From: Macrostomum hystrix
Lineage: Eukaryota > Animalia > Platyhelminthes
Assembly: GCA_950097015.1 (NCBI GenBank)
Contig: CATNEN010000024.1
Span: forward strand, 558,001-622,000
Direction of reading: 5' to 3'
DNA: 64,000 nucleotides
The translations under genes and the position numbers were made by a program. The notes beneath the pieces were generated by a model. That model had not been told where the DNA came from. It ran no database searches and worked only from the letters and a program-made list of their open reading frames with translations. This document shows positions 10,779 to 21,317 of the stretch, in pieces (position 1 is the first letter of the stretch; every line of letters starts with the position of its first letter).

Positions 10779-13700
10779 TCAATCTAAGACGTTATATTTG
10801 ACATTGGCAGCCTCACTATGTACAGTCGTAGCGGCGACGCCGGCTTCAACGGACTCATCGGCGTTGTCGCCAGTCATCAGCGGCGCCAGCAGCAGCTTTG
10901 TGGTAGCCTGAGCGTCACCGGGACGCTTAGTCCTCGCTGGCAGAGCGGGCGGAGACTTGGCCGCGGCTGCGGCGGCGGCAGCGGCAGAGACAGGCAGATT
11001 GTCGTAGTTTGAAGTCCGCTGGCCGGCGGTTGTCCGCAGCTCCTCGATGTCGTCCTCGCTCTGCATTGCGTCACTATAGGTGGTGAAGACGCTGAATGGC
11101 CTGGGTCGGCAGTGGATGTTGCGCAGAACTAGGTCGCGGCACTCGCTGTCAGTCAGTAGGCAGGCAGTCAAATTATTCTCTAGGTCCAACGCCGTCTCTC
11201 TGACTGTTTCTAATTTAAAACAAAAAAGCGAATGGAAAATTTCCAGCTGGAAACAGACAGAGAGTTTTCCTCCCGCAGTGATTGGCCGCTTTCAATCTCC
11301 GAGTTTCATAGATAGGCTTTGGCCTCCTTAACAGTAGAACTACCAAGGGGGGGAACTTTTCCTAGTCCTACTGAAATCCCCCCTCACCATTTTTTGTGCT
11401 GCACCCGAACGGAGCAACGCAAGTACACGAAACTCAAGAACAAGGGCCAACTTTTTGTTGCGCATCTTCTGAAACAAGAATCAAGTCGCTAGCTTTTCAG
11501 ACCGTCGAGATATTCAATGTTTCTGGCCGAAGGTCAGATTTTTCCAATAAGAGCTAGTGAATTTCATACGCCCCTATACACGAATTAGCACTGCGCCTCA
11601 GTGCGGCCTTGCCACGCCTTCAAAATTTATCAGCATGTCACCCGAATGTGCCGGCATCATCTCCATCTTCGGTGGTCACCTACCTTTATCTAGACGGACT
11701 GCTGGACCTTCAAGGGCTACAACAGATGGAACAATGCCACCATGGACACCCTGACGCGAATTTCTCAAATTTTCTCAAATTCCCCCCCTTGGTATAAAAA
11801 CGGGCGGCAAAATGGCTTGGTAGTCCTTGGCTTGGTACAACGCCACAAGCGTTCCTTGTGAAAGTTCCAATTCTCCCCACCCCGAAAAGTTCTTTTCTAC
11901 AGTTCCAAATATTCTGCTTAGAAATTGCCGCTTCTGCTGCTGCTGCTGCTGCTGCTACTTTACTAGCAATCCGAGGGGGGGGTCACTTTTCGTCGCGCAG
12001 TCATCTTTAGGCCGTTAAAGTTCTAACGACCGTGGCGTGTTTGGGGTGGAGGGCTAGTCCTGTCCGTTTCGGTTGCGGAGTCATCCACCAACCTATGGCC
12101 ACATGCAAACGCAGTTTATGAAGTGCCCATACAGAGAGAGGTCTTCTAAGAGTGGGGATTATTGAACGGCTATAAATGGATGTCAGTTGCGCTTTATGCC
12201 AGATTTTGGATGGCGGCAGAATGGAATCACAAAAGAAATAAATCCTAACTATTTATCTGCGCACCGAGTTACATATTTTAGAAGTGAATTGACCCTGTTA
12301 TACTCGATACTTACTTTCCTACCTGTTTGAATCATTCATCCTACCTGTTAGAATCATTCATCCTACCTGTTAGAATCATTCATCCTACCTGTTAGAATCA
12401 CTGATCCTACCTGTTAGAATCATTCATCTTACCTGTTAGAATCATTCATCCTACCTGTTAGAATCATTCATCCTACCTGTTAGAATTATTCATTCACCTG
12501 TTAGAATCATTCATTCACCTGTTAGAATCATTCGTCCTACCTGTTAGAATCACTGATCCTACCTGTTAGAATCACTGATCCTACCTGTTAGAATCATTCA
12601 TCCTACCTGTTAGAATCACTGATCCTACCTGTTAGAATCACTGATCCTACCTGTTAGAATCATTCATCCTACCTGTTAGAATCATTCATCCTACCTGTTA
12701 GAATCATTCATCCTACCTGTTAGAATCATTCATCCTACCTGTTAGAATTATTCATTCACCTGTTAGAATCATTCGTCCTACCTGTTAGAATCACTGATCC
12801 TACCTATTAGAATCATTCATCCTACCTGTTAGAATCACTGATCCTACCTGTTAGAATTATTCATTCACCTGTTAGAATCATTCGTCCTACCTGTTAGAAT
12901 CACTGATCCTACCTGTTAGAATCATTCATCCTACCTGTTAGAATCACTGATCCTACCTGTTAGAATCACTGATCCTACCTGTTAGAATCATTCATCCTAC
13001 CTGTTAGAATCACTGATCCTACCTGTTAGAATCACTGATCCTATCTGTTAGAATCATTCATCCTACCTGTTAGAATCACTGATCCTACCTGTTAGAATCA
13101 TTCATCCTACCTGTTAGAATCACTGATCCTACCTGTTAGAATCACTGATCCTACCTGTTAGAATCATTCATCCTACCTGTTAGAATCATTCATCCTACCT
13201 GTTAGAATCATTCATCCTACCTGTTAGAATCACTGATCCTACCTGTTAGAATCATTCATCCTACCTGTTAGAATCATTCATCCTACCTGTTAGAATCATT
13301 CATCCTACCTGTTAGAATCACTGATCCTACCTGTTAGAATCACTGATCCTACCTGTTAGAATCACTGATCCTACCTGTTAGAATCATTCATCCTACCTGT
13401 TAGAATCATTCATCCTACTTGTTAGAATCATTCATCCTACCTGTTAGAATCATTCATCCTACCTGTTAGAATCACTGATCCTACCTGTTAGAATCACTGA
13501 TCCTACCTGTTAGAATCACTGATCCTACCTGTTAGAATCATTCATCCTACCTGTTAGAATCATTCATCCTGCCTGTTAGAATCATCCACCCTACCTGTTA
13601 GAATCATTCATCCTACCTGTTAGAATCATTCATCCTACCTGTTAGAATCATCCACCCTACCTGTTAGAATTATTCATCCTACCTGTTAGAATCATTTATC

Positions 13701-14745
13701 ATACCTGTTAGAATCATTTAGCATACCTGTGGCACTTCTGCTCGAAGTTATTTAATCTGGAAGTTGCTATAAAGCCGAAGTTTTATGTTACAAAACCTAG
13801 TTTTCCGTCGCTCGCATTACTACTCATATTAATCAAACTGCGAGTGTCAAATGTTTATTCTACTTGAATTTACCAAGGACCACTATAAGAAAAAGGACTG
13901 GACACTTTGTTTCTTGGAAAATTTATTGAGGGCAGATTTGCACAGAAAAAAGCACTAGCGAGATAGGAATTAATCACTTTTTCAAATAAACATGTTGATA
14001 ACTTTTTATCGAAAGCAAATCGAATGCTGCTCACTCAATATATTTTGCAAAACTTTTTTTTCCGTGAAAATCAGCCTTTAACAAATTTTCCAAGAAACGA
14101 AGTGTCCAGTCCTTATATTTCGAGTGGTCCTTGAAATTTACGACCATTCCATGAATAGTTTGTTTATCTCGTAACTAAGGTCAACAAACCGTCGCCAAGT
14201 GAACTAGCCATCTCACCTCCGGCTGTCCGATTGGCAAGCAGGATACTTCTCCTCTGTCCGCCATCCAGCCGCCCGTTGGTCATCGTCCGGCCAGCGCCAA
14301 AGTCGGCCGCCTCGCCGGCTGCCGCGGCAACCAGAAGTGCCGCCGCGTCAGATCCGGACGCTGTCGCCGCTGTTTCTTCCTCCTCTTCGTCGTGAGCGAT
14401 TGGCGCTTTCTTCGGCACGGCGTGCAGGCCGACGGTCGCAGCCGCGGTGGCCGCCACCGCCGCCGCGATGAAGCCGTGCGTGGGCGGCTCCTTCCGGTGT
14501 CGGCGCGACTCGCCTGCGCGACGGCTACGACGACCGCCGGACGCGTCGCGCTGCTTGACGGTGCCCGACGGTGCCGAAGCCGCCGCCGATTCTCCGCCGG
14601 GATTTCGAATTTTTGCGTCGGCGGCTGCGGCTGCGGCGTCGGTTGCGGCAGCCGCGGAGGCGTTGCCGCTGACGCCAGCTGTGGCGCCGTCCTTTCTCAC
14701 CATGGCTTGCGGAGTTGGGAAATGGGGATTCTGTTTTGAGTTCAT
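10779..14745 (-). CDS. Orphan Ala-rich low-complexity protein (~328 aa); coding exons 14745-14190 and 11209-10779
   Basis: Two GC-rich ORFs join in phase 1 (GAC G|GTTTGT ... TTTTAAATTAG|AA ACA, giving LGD-ETVRETALDLENN). Stop is TGA at 10779. No recognisable domain; the donor is weak. Confidence 0.55.
12318..13730. repeat. 22-bp minisatellite (CCTACCTGTTAGAATCATTCAT)n
   Basis: Direct periodicity, two main variants. Confidence 0.97.
13874..14133. mobile_element. MITE-like element (~260 bp) with ~50-bp terminal inverted repeats
   Basis: CAAGGACCACT...AAGGACTGGACACTT.GTTTCTTGGAAAATTT at 13874-13926 and its reverse complement at 14083-14133; AT-rich non-coding interior. Confidence 0.75.
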
Positions 14746-14807
14746 AATTCAGGATTACAGTTTGTCCTGCCTAAAAGCTGCGTTATTTTCTTAAATTATT
14801 TGCTTTC

Positions 14808-15130
14808 AGGGTCAGTGGCAGAGCGGTCTAACGCGTTTGCCTCGATTGCACCAAGGTCCTGAGCTCTAATCCGCGGCGAGGACACATTCATCTGCGGTGC
14901 AGCTAGCCGCGGGGAGAAGGCTTGGGGGCTTCTCGTGCAATTTACGACCTTGAGGTTCAACCTCCAAGGCACAGTGAGAGTGTACACAGGTTGACGATGA
15001 GAAAGTCAGGGTAGATGTACACACCTGTGTGAGTGTGTGCTCAGGAGTCAGTGGAATGGGCAGAATTGCCTCCTCGCTGGCTGTGGGTCTAGTGTTACCA
15101 AATGATGTGTCCTGCGAATAATTTTAATGA
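14808..15130 (+). mobile_element. tRNA-derived SINE, family A (near full length)
   Basis: A box TGGCAGAGCGG and degenerate B box. Body shared with copies at ~18005-18215(-), ~27950-28270(+), ~54110-54300(-) and ~63772-64000(+). Confidence 0.8.
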
Positions 15131-15649
15131 TAACTATTTGACTTGCAGTCCAGCTAAATAAATTGGGATGTCCATCAATACTTTGGAATGTATTTTAATT
15201 AATTTCTTAAAATTTTGTTTGTTTGTCTGGAATTGTAAGATAAAAGTGGACTAATGAGAGCTATTTGAAATGATTGGAGCTCGCTTGCATCATCTAGAGA
15301 GATAAAAAAATCGGGTTTGTAAACCTAACTACGCCAGGCATTCTCGTAATCACTTTTTCGATAAAAGTACATTTGCTTAATCACCACACCTTGGAATTGT
15401 ACGCCATTTTACCACTAATTTACCCATAAAAATTTGTAGACACTCTGTGTTTGCTCTCGTTCTCAACCCTCTCTGTTTAATTGGTGTGTAGAGGGACTGA
15501 GGACTCAGTCAGATGATTTCGAATTTGGGTAGAAAAAACTTGTGATTAAAATCGACTTTGGGGTTTTTCTCGTGTTAATCGTTTTCATGCTGAAAAATTG
15601 TTGAAAAATTAAAAACAATCAGAACGCTGATCAAGCTATAAGATTATTG

Positions 15650-17115
15650 GATGTAACTGGGGATCAGGCAGTGGATTAGGTTGGGGATCAGGCAGTGGAT
15701 TAGGTTGGGGATCAGGCAGTGGATTAGGTTGGGGATCAGGCAGTGGATTAGGTTGGGGATCAGGTAGTGGATTAGGTTGGGGATCAGGCAGTGGATTAGG
15801 TTGGGGATCAGGCAGTGGATTAGGTTGGGGATCAGACAGTGGATTAGGTTGGGGATCAGGTAGTGGATTAGGTTGGGGATCAGGCAGTGGATTAGGTTGG
15901 GGATCAGGCAGTGGATTAGGTTGGGGATCAGGCAGTGGATTAGGTTGGGGATCAGGCAGTGGATTAGGTTGGGGATCAGACAGTGGATTAGGTTGGGGAT
16001 CAGGTAGTGGATCAGGCAGTGGATTATGTTGGGGATCAGGCAGTGGATTAGGTTGTGGATCAGGCAGTGGATTAGGTTGGGGATCAGGCAGTGGATTAGG
16101 TTGGGGATCGGGCAGTGGATTAGGTTGGGGATCAGGCAGTGGATTAGGTTGGGGATCAGGTAGTGGATTAGGTTGGGGATCAGGCAGTGGATTAGGTTGG
16201 GGATCAGGCAGTGGATTAGGTTGGGGATCAGGCAGTGGATTAGGTTGGGGATCAGGCAGTGGATTAGGTTGGGGATCAGACAGTGGATTAGGTTGGGGAT
16301 CAGACAGTGGATTAGGTTGGGGATCAGGTAGTGGATCAGGCAGTGGATTATGTTGGGGATCAGGCAGTGGATTAGGTTGTGGATCAGGCAGTGGATTAGG
16401 TTGGGGATCAGGCAGTGGATTAGGTTGGGGATCAGGCAGTGGATTAGGTTGGGGATCAGGCAGTGGATTAGGTTGGGAATCAAGCAGTGTATTAGGTTGT
16501 GGATCAGGCAGTGGATTAGGTTATAGATCAGGCAGTGGATTAGGTTGGGGATCAGGCAGTGGATTAGGTTGGGGATCAGGTAGTGGATTAGGTTGGGGAT
16601 CAGGCAGTGGATTAGGTTGGGAATCAAGCAGTGTATTAGGTTGTGGATCAGGCAGTGGATTAGGTTATAGATCAGGCAGTGGATTAGGTTGGGGATCAGG
16701 CAGTGGATTAGGTTGGGGATCAGGCAGTGGATTAGGTTGGGGATCAGGCAGTGGATTAGGTTGGGGATCAGGCAGTGGATTATGTTGGGGATCAGGCAGT
16801 GGATTAGGTTGGGGATCAGGCAGTGGATTAGGTTGGGAATCAAGCAGTGTATTAGGTTGTGGATCAGGCAGTGGATTAGGTTATAGATCAGGCAGTGGAT
16901 TAGGTTGTGGATCAGGCAGTGGATTAGGTTGGGGATCAGGCAATGGATTAGGTTGGGGATCAGGCAGTGGACTAGGTTGTGGATCAGGCAGTGGATTAGG
17001 TTGTGGATCAGGCAGTGGATTAGGTTGGGGATCAGGTAGTGGATTAGGTTGGGGATCAGGCAGTGGATTAGGTTGGGGATCAGGCAGTGGATTCGGTTGG
17101 GGACCAGGCAGGTTG
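15650..17115. repeat. 24-bp minisatellite (GGATCAGGCAGTGGATTAGGTTGG)n
   Basis: Direct periodicity; source of the IPNLIHCL ORF. Confidence 0.97.
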
Positions 17116-17176
17116 GGGATCCATATGGGATTACACCTAGATTTGCGATGTTGGTAGGACTACAATCACGTCTTAC

Positions 17177-17362
17177 CTGTCGTACTCTTTTGTCAAAAGC
17201 GTTTCTCGATGAAGTTCTGGGATTTCGGATTGATTCTCTGCCCTAGAAGAAGCGGAAAGGGATTTAAATGATGCTGCGCTACTTCATCGGTGGCTTGAAT
17301 GGTCCGAAAAGTTTTTCTGGGTCAGGAGAAATGCGAAGCCGGTGAAAGCCGGTATATATATA
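17177..17362 (-). promoter_or_regulatory. TATA box and non-coding first exon of the orphan gene
   Basis: TATATATATA at 17353-17362, then ~150 nt ending in a strong donor GACAG|GTAAGA at 17177. A matching acceptor CTTTTAG|G at 14770 lies 25 nt before the ATG at 14745. Confidence 0.45.
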
Positions 17363-17769
17363 CACCCTCCACCCAGCCACCTCGTTCCCTGTCTATTCGC
17401 CTTTCCTCACATCCCACATGCAGCCCAGTGCAATGTCCAATAATAACGCGCCGAGGGTCCTATCATTGATATCTTTAAACATTCCCACTAGATGGTCCGA
17501 TCAAAACAACTGAATTTCGACTTGTGTGGAAACAAAAAATCATATCTGTGTCTATGGCTATACTTGGAACCAACATTGCTAAGCAAAGCATGGACATCTG
17601 CCAATTGAAATTAGCTTTTAGTTTTGTTTGATAACGCAAAAAAATAATCATGCACAGCTGCTCGTCTAGTCACTCTCTCATTCCATATGCTCGTGTTTGA
17701 TTCATAAGTTTCAGTTTTCTATGGATTCTTGACTCCACTGTAACAATTTGTGTCCTTTAGTAAAGACAG

Positions 17770-17912
17770 TTCTGCATTGCTTCAGTTAACCCAGCTTAGA
17801 AATTGGTACCAGCAACAGCTGGGATAATTAATTGTGGGTGTGGCGTTTCCCCAGTCCATGGACTGAACAGCCGTACGCAGCCTTCAGATGCGCCGCGCAA
17901 TTGGGGCAGGTC
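17770..17912 (+). mobile_element. SINE family B, 5'-truncated
   Basis: CORE-like TTGCTTCAGTTAACCCAGC...GGTACC plus the shared tail. Confidence 0.7.
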
Positions 17913-18004
17913 TGATGAATATTTTTATAGTGTACTATAAATGTACATTATATACAATATTTTTGTCGTATCAGCGGGAGGGCTGTGGGCAGTAGCAATT
18001 TTTT

Positions 18005-18215
18005 TTGGTGAGACTAGACCCGCAGCCAGCTAGAAGGTTATTCTGCTCATTCCGCTGACTCCTGAGCACACACGCACACAGGTGTGTACATCTGCCCTGA
18101 CTTCCTCGTCTTCAGGGTGTGTGCACCCACAGTGCGCCCCAAATAAATGCAGCTTATAGCCGCGGAGTGGAGCTCAGCAGGGACCTTGTTGTAATCGAGG
18201 CAAACTCCGCCATAT
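18005..18215 (-). mobile_element. SINE family A, internally deleted copy
   Basis: Reverse-complement matches to CTAGACCCGCAGCCAGC, CACACAGGTGTGTACATCTGCCCTGACTT and CCGCGGAG..GAGCTCAG. Confidence 0.7.
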
Positions 18216-18994
18216 ACTAACTGGATGCTAAAGTGCGTCTTTAATTTCCGTGCCTTTCATTATTTGCGCGGTTTGTGTTTTATAATTCCCTATTCCTATT
18301 CTACATCACCATAGCCGTACAGCCGCCTTTCGTCTGATTGCATGGGATTTCGCCGGCCTGTTTTCTTCCGTCAGAGAGTTTCAGCTTCACCAGTTAAGGG
18401 GGCCCTGCCTCGCTTTGGTATTAATGAGGCCCCAATGCCGTTGGTTCTAGACCAACTCGGTAGCAGGAGAGGGCCTAGCTGTCGAGCTAGTGTGTTGCAG
18501 CTGCTAGCCCGGCTGGGTTTGGCCAGAACAAATGCGGTTCCTAACCGTACCCAAGTCTAAATTTCTCCTGGTAGTATAAGAATACTATTTTCTTTTTGCG
18601 TTCCACACACCCTCCTGAAATCCCATGCAGTCGGAATCAAGATTCTTTATCCCATCCACAATTTGTGGGGGGAGGTCAAGGGTTGATGCAAATTAATCCG
18701 TTTTACGTAGTTGCCGCGAAGTTTAACGCGATGCCTCCCTCCAGCGCCTTCTCCTACTGTCTGGCTGCCGCCGGCTGTTCTGACAGATGTGGCCTTTGGG
18801 CCTGTTTGAAAGCTTTCACAATGCTTTTGAAAGAATTTTGTGTCAAAGGTGCGTTGTCTTTCTCTGCTTAAACCTGGTTGGAAGATAATGGATTGCTAGT
18901 CTGTCACGAGAAACCAGAGTAGAGTTTCTGCTTCTTAACACATTTTTATATGTTCATTTTCTGCACGTCCGCCACCGCCTCACTAGCACTTTGT

Positions 18995-19755
18995 CCTGTT
19001 CCCCTTCCATTCCCTTCCAATTCCCTGCCTCAGCATTGCCCTTGTCCTCTTTCCCTTCCGTTGTCCCCTTAACCTTCCATTATCCCCTTACCCTTCCATT
19101 ATCCCCTTACCCTTCCATTATCCCCTTACCCTTCCATTATCCCCTTACCCTTCCATTATCCCCTTACCCTTCCATTTTCTCTTTACCTTCCATTATCCCC
19201 TTACCCTTGCATTATCCCCTTACTCTTCCATTATCCTCATACCCTTCCATTTTCCCCTTACCCTTCCATTGTCCCCTTACCCTTCCATTATCCCCTTACC
19301 CTTCCATTATCCCCTTACCCTTCCGTAATCACCTTACCCTTCCGTAATCCCCTTACCCTTCCGTAATCCCCTTACCCTTCCGTAATCCCCTTACCCTTCC
19401 GTAATCCCCTTACCCTTCCGTAATCCCCTTACCCTTCCGTAATCCCCTTACCCTTCCGTAATCCCCTTACCCTTCCGTAATCCCCTTACCCTTCCGTAAT
19501 CCCCTTACCCTTCCGTAATCCCCTTACCCTTCCGTAATCCCCTTACCCTTCCGTAATCCCCTTACCCTTCCGTAATCCCCTTACCCTTCCATTATTCCCT
19601 TACCCTTCCATTTTCTCTTTACCTTCCATTATCCCCTTACCCTTCCATTATCCCCTTACTCTTCCGTAATCCCCTTACCCTTCCGTAATCCCCTTACCCT
19701 TCCGTAATCCCCTTACCCTTTCCCCATCCCCTTTCCGTTATCCCCTTTCCCTTTC
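18995..19755. repeat. 20-bp minisatellite (CCCTTACCCTTCCATTATCC)n
   Basis: Direct periodicity. Confidence 0.95.
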
Positions 19756-20133
19756 ATTGTCCCCTTTCCCTTCCTGCTCATGTATAGTGTTTTCTATACG
19801 AAGCTGCAGCTTTAGACTCCAGTATCATGGGGAAACTAAGTTATGTGAGTTATCTTGTACTCACAATGTTCTCTCTACTCTAGCACCCGTCGGTCGATCG
19901 TTCGGTTTGGTTCCCTCACTGACTGGCCCCGCAGCCCCCGGCAGGTCTGGTATCCGCCGACTCGAGAGAGATGAAATCGACTGTGCAAAAAGCACAACAC
20001 AGAAATTTTGGCGTAATTGAGTTGCGACACTAGAACATTGCTGAATGCATAAACCCATGAGCTTCTTTGGCTGAGAGCAGAAATCTAATCACTCTGCGGC
20101 TTGCATGCCCGGATACTGGAGCAGTCAAGAAGC

Positions 20134-20161
20134 ATAGATAGATAAATAGATATATATATAT

Positions 20162-20206
<45 letters not shown>

Positions 20207-20255
20207 AAGATAGAAAGATAGAAAGATAGATAGATAGATAGGTAGATAGATAGAC
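20134..20255. repeat. (GATA)n microsatellite, left flank of the PLE
   Basis: Direct. Confidence 0.95.
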
Positions 20256-20331
20256 GAAGGCCTCTCAGAGGCAATCCACGCACACAGTACTAGATGTTTT
20301 GAAATACCGATTTTTTATATATAGTACGATG

Positions 20332-20370
20332 GACCAAATTTTCGGCCAAAGCTGGGCCTTCTTCAGGGTC
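20332..20370 (-). ncRNA. Minimal type I hammerhead ribozyme in the PLE 3' terminal region
   Basis: GACC-CUGAAGA-A-GGCC-CAGCUUU-GGCC-GAAA-AUUU-GGUC: stem I GACC/GGUC, stem II GGCC/GGCC, conserved CUGANGA and GAAA cores, vestigial palindromic stem III. Confidence 0.75.
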
Positions 20371-21048
20371 TGTATATTTAGATAATTCAAACGAAAAAAT
20401 ATTGTTAAAGCGATCGCTTATATATATGGGGGGTTAAAAACCGTATTGATTTTAAAGTTGGAATTGTACATAAAAAATTATAAACGAACACGGGCACGTT
20501 AAAAATAAAACTGTCAATGCGGCGTGCAGTCAGAGTCCTGTCAAAGGTTAAAGCGAATTAATTGTTATTTATGGGGGTAGCTTGGATGGATATAGAATGT
20601 CCTTCAGAGAGCGTGAGCGTGTGTACGCTGCCACTGTGCTCAAGTCACTGGCATGGTCAGCGATAACCGAACGGATTTCGTGTACAATGTGTCCAGAGTG
20701 GTCCGTATAAAGAATGACGATGGGGACGCACGCACTACGGTTAGTGTCAATGGAGCTCAGGCCAGCTGGGGTCTGAGTTTTCAGGAGATTAGTGAGTCTG
20801 AGTTCCATGTCTCTTCTCCTGCGTTGAGTTGCCTCTCTGTGCGTCTCACATTCAGGGCTGAGGTACCAAAGACCCATGAACCGTAAGTCCAGCAGGCTGT
20901 GGTCTGTAGAGCGAAAATGTCTTGAGACCGGGGTATCTTTTGCCAGTCTAATGTCGCTCAGGTGGGCTTGCAGTCGGACTTTAAGGGCCCCTCCTGTCTC
21001 TCCAATGTAGACACAACGGTCATTACAGCTCCTGCATAAGATTGAGTA

Positions 21049-21317
21049 CAATACAATACAATACAATAAATACAATGGCCACCGGCCACAAGTGGTCAGG
21101 AAAGGGGGGGACATTGTCAAAAAGCACGCTTAGCTGCGCAGTCTCTGATGAAGGTAGCGCCATTGATCTGATCAGGCGCCCTGGCGTCTTCTGTCAGACA
21201 GTCGACGAACCTCCGGGTCCGCGCCTGCCCCCGCCGGAACGGGCCCTGCTGCGTGTACAGCAAGACCTCCTGCAGCGGCTCCGGGCAGTAGGACTCGGCG
21301 CGAATGACGTGGCCCGC
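21049..21317 (-). mobile_element. 5'-truncated RTE-clade LINE 3' end nested in the PLE
   Basis: 269 bp encoding AGHVIR...LLYTQQGPFRRGQARTRRFVDCL..D (resembles an RTE-type ORF C-terminus), then a short UTR and a (TATTG)n tail. Splits the PLE sequence NVV|YSILC. Confidence 0.7.

Noticed and set aside
11328-12020. TTAA-flanked DNA transposon relic, sharing CGTCGAGATATTCAA and a TTAACAG...GGGGGG start with 33980-34200
   Set aside because: Only short matches and a 15-bp internal inverted repeat; I could not define both termini by eye, so it is not called as a feature.
4450-18870. Genome-wide TAG reassignment (in-frame TAGs near K2P and at ~18300-18870; none of the six inferred stops is TAG)
   Set aside because: The four clean genes and the PLE contain no in-frame TAG, and six stops are too few to be informative. 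Decay or mis-assigned frames explain it more simply.
18995-19755. Interstitial telomeric repeat
   Set aside because: The unit is a 20-mer containing CCCTTA, not tandem CCCTAA.
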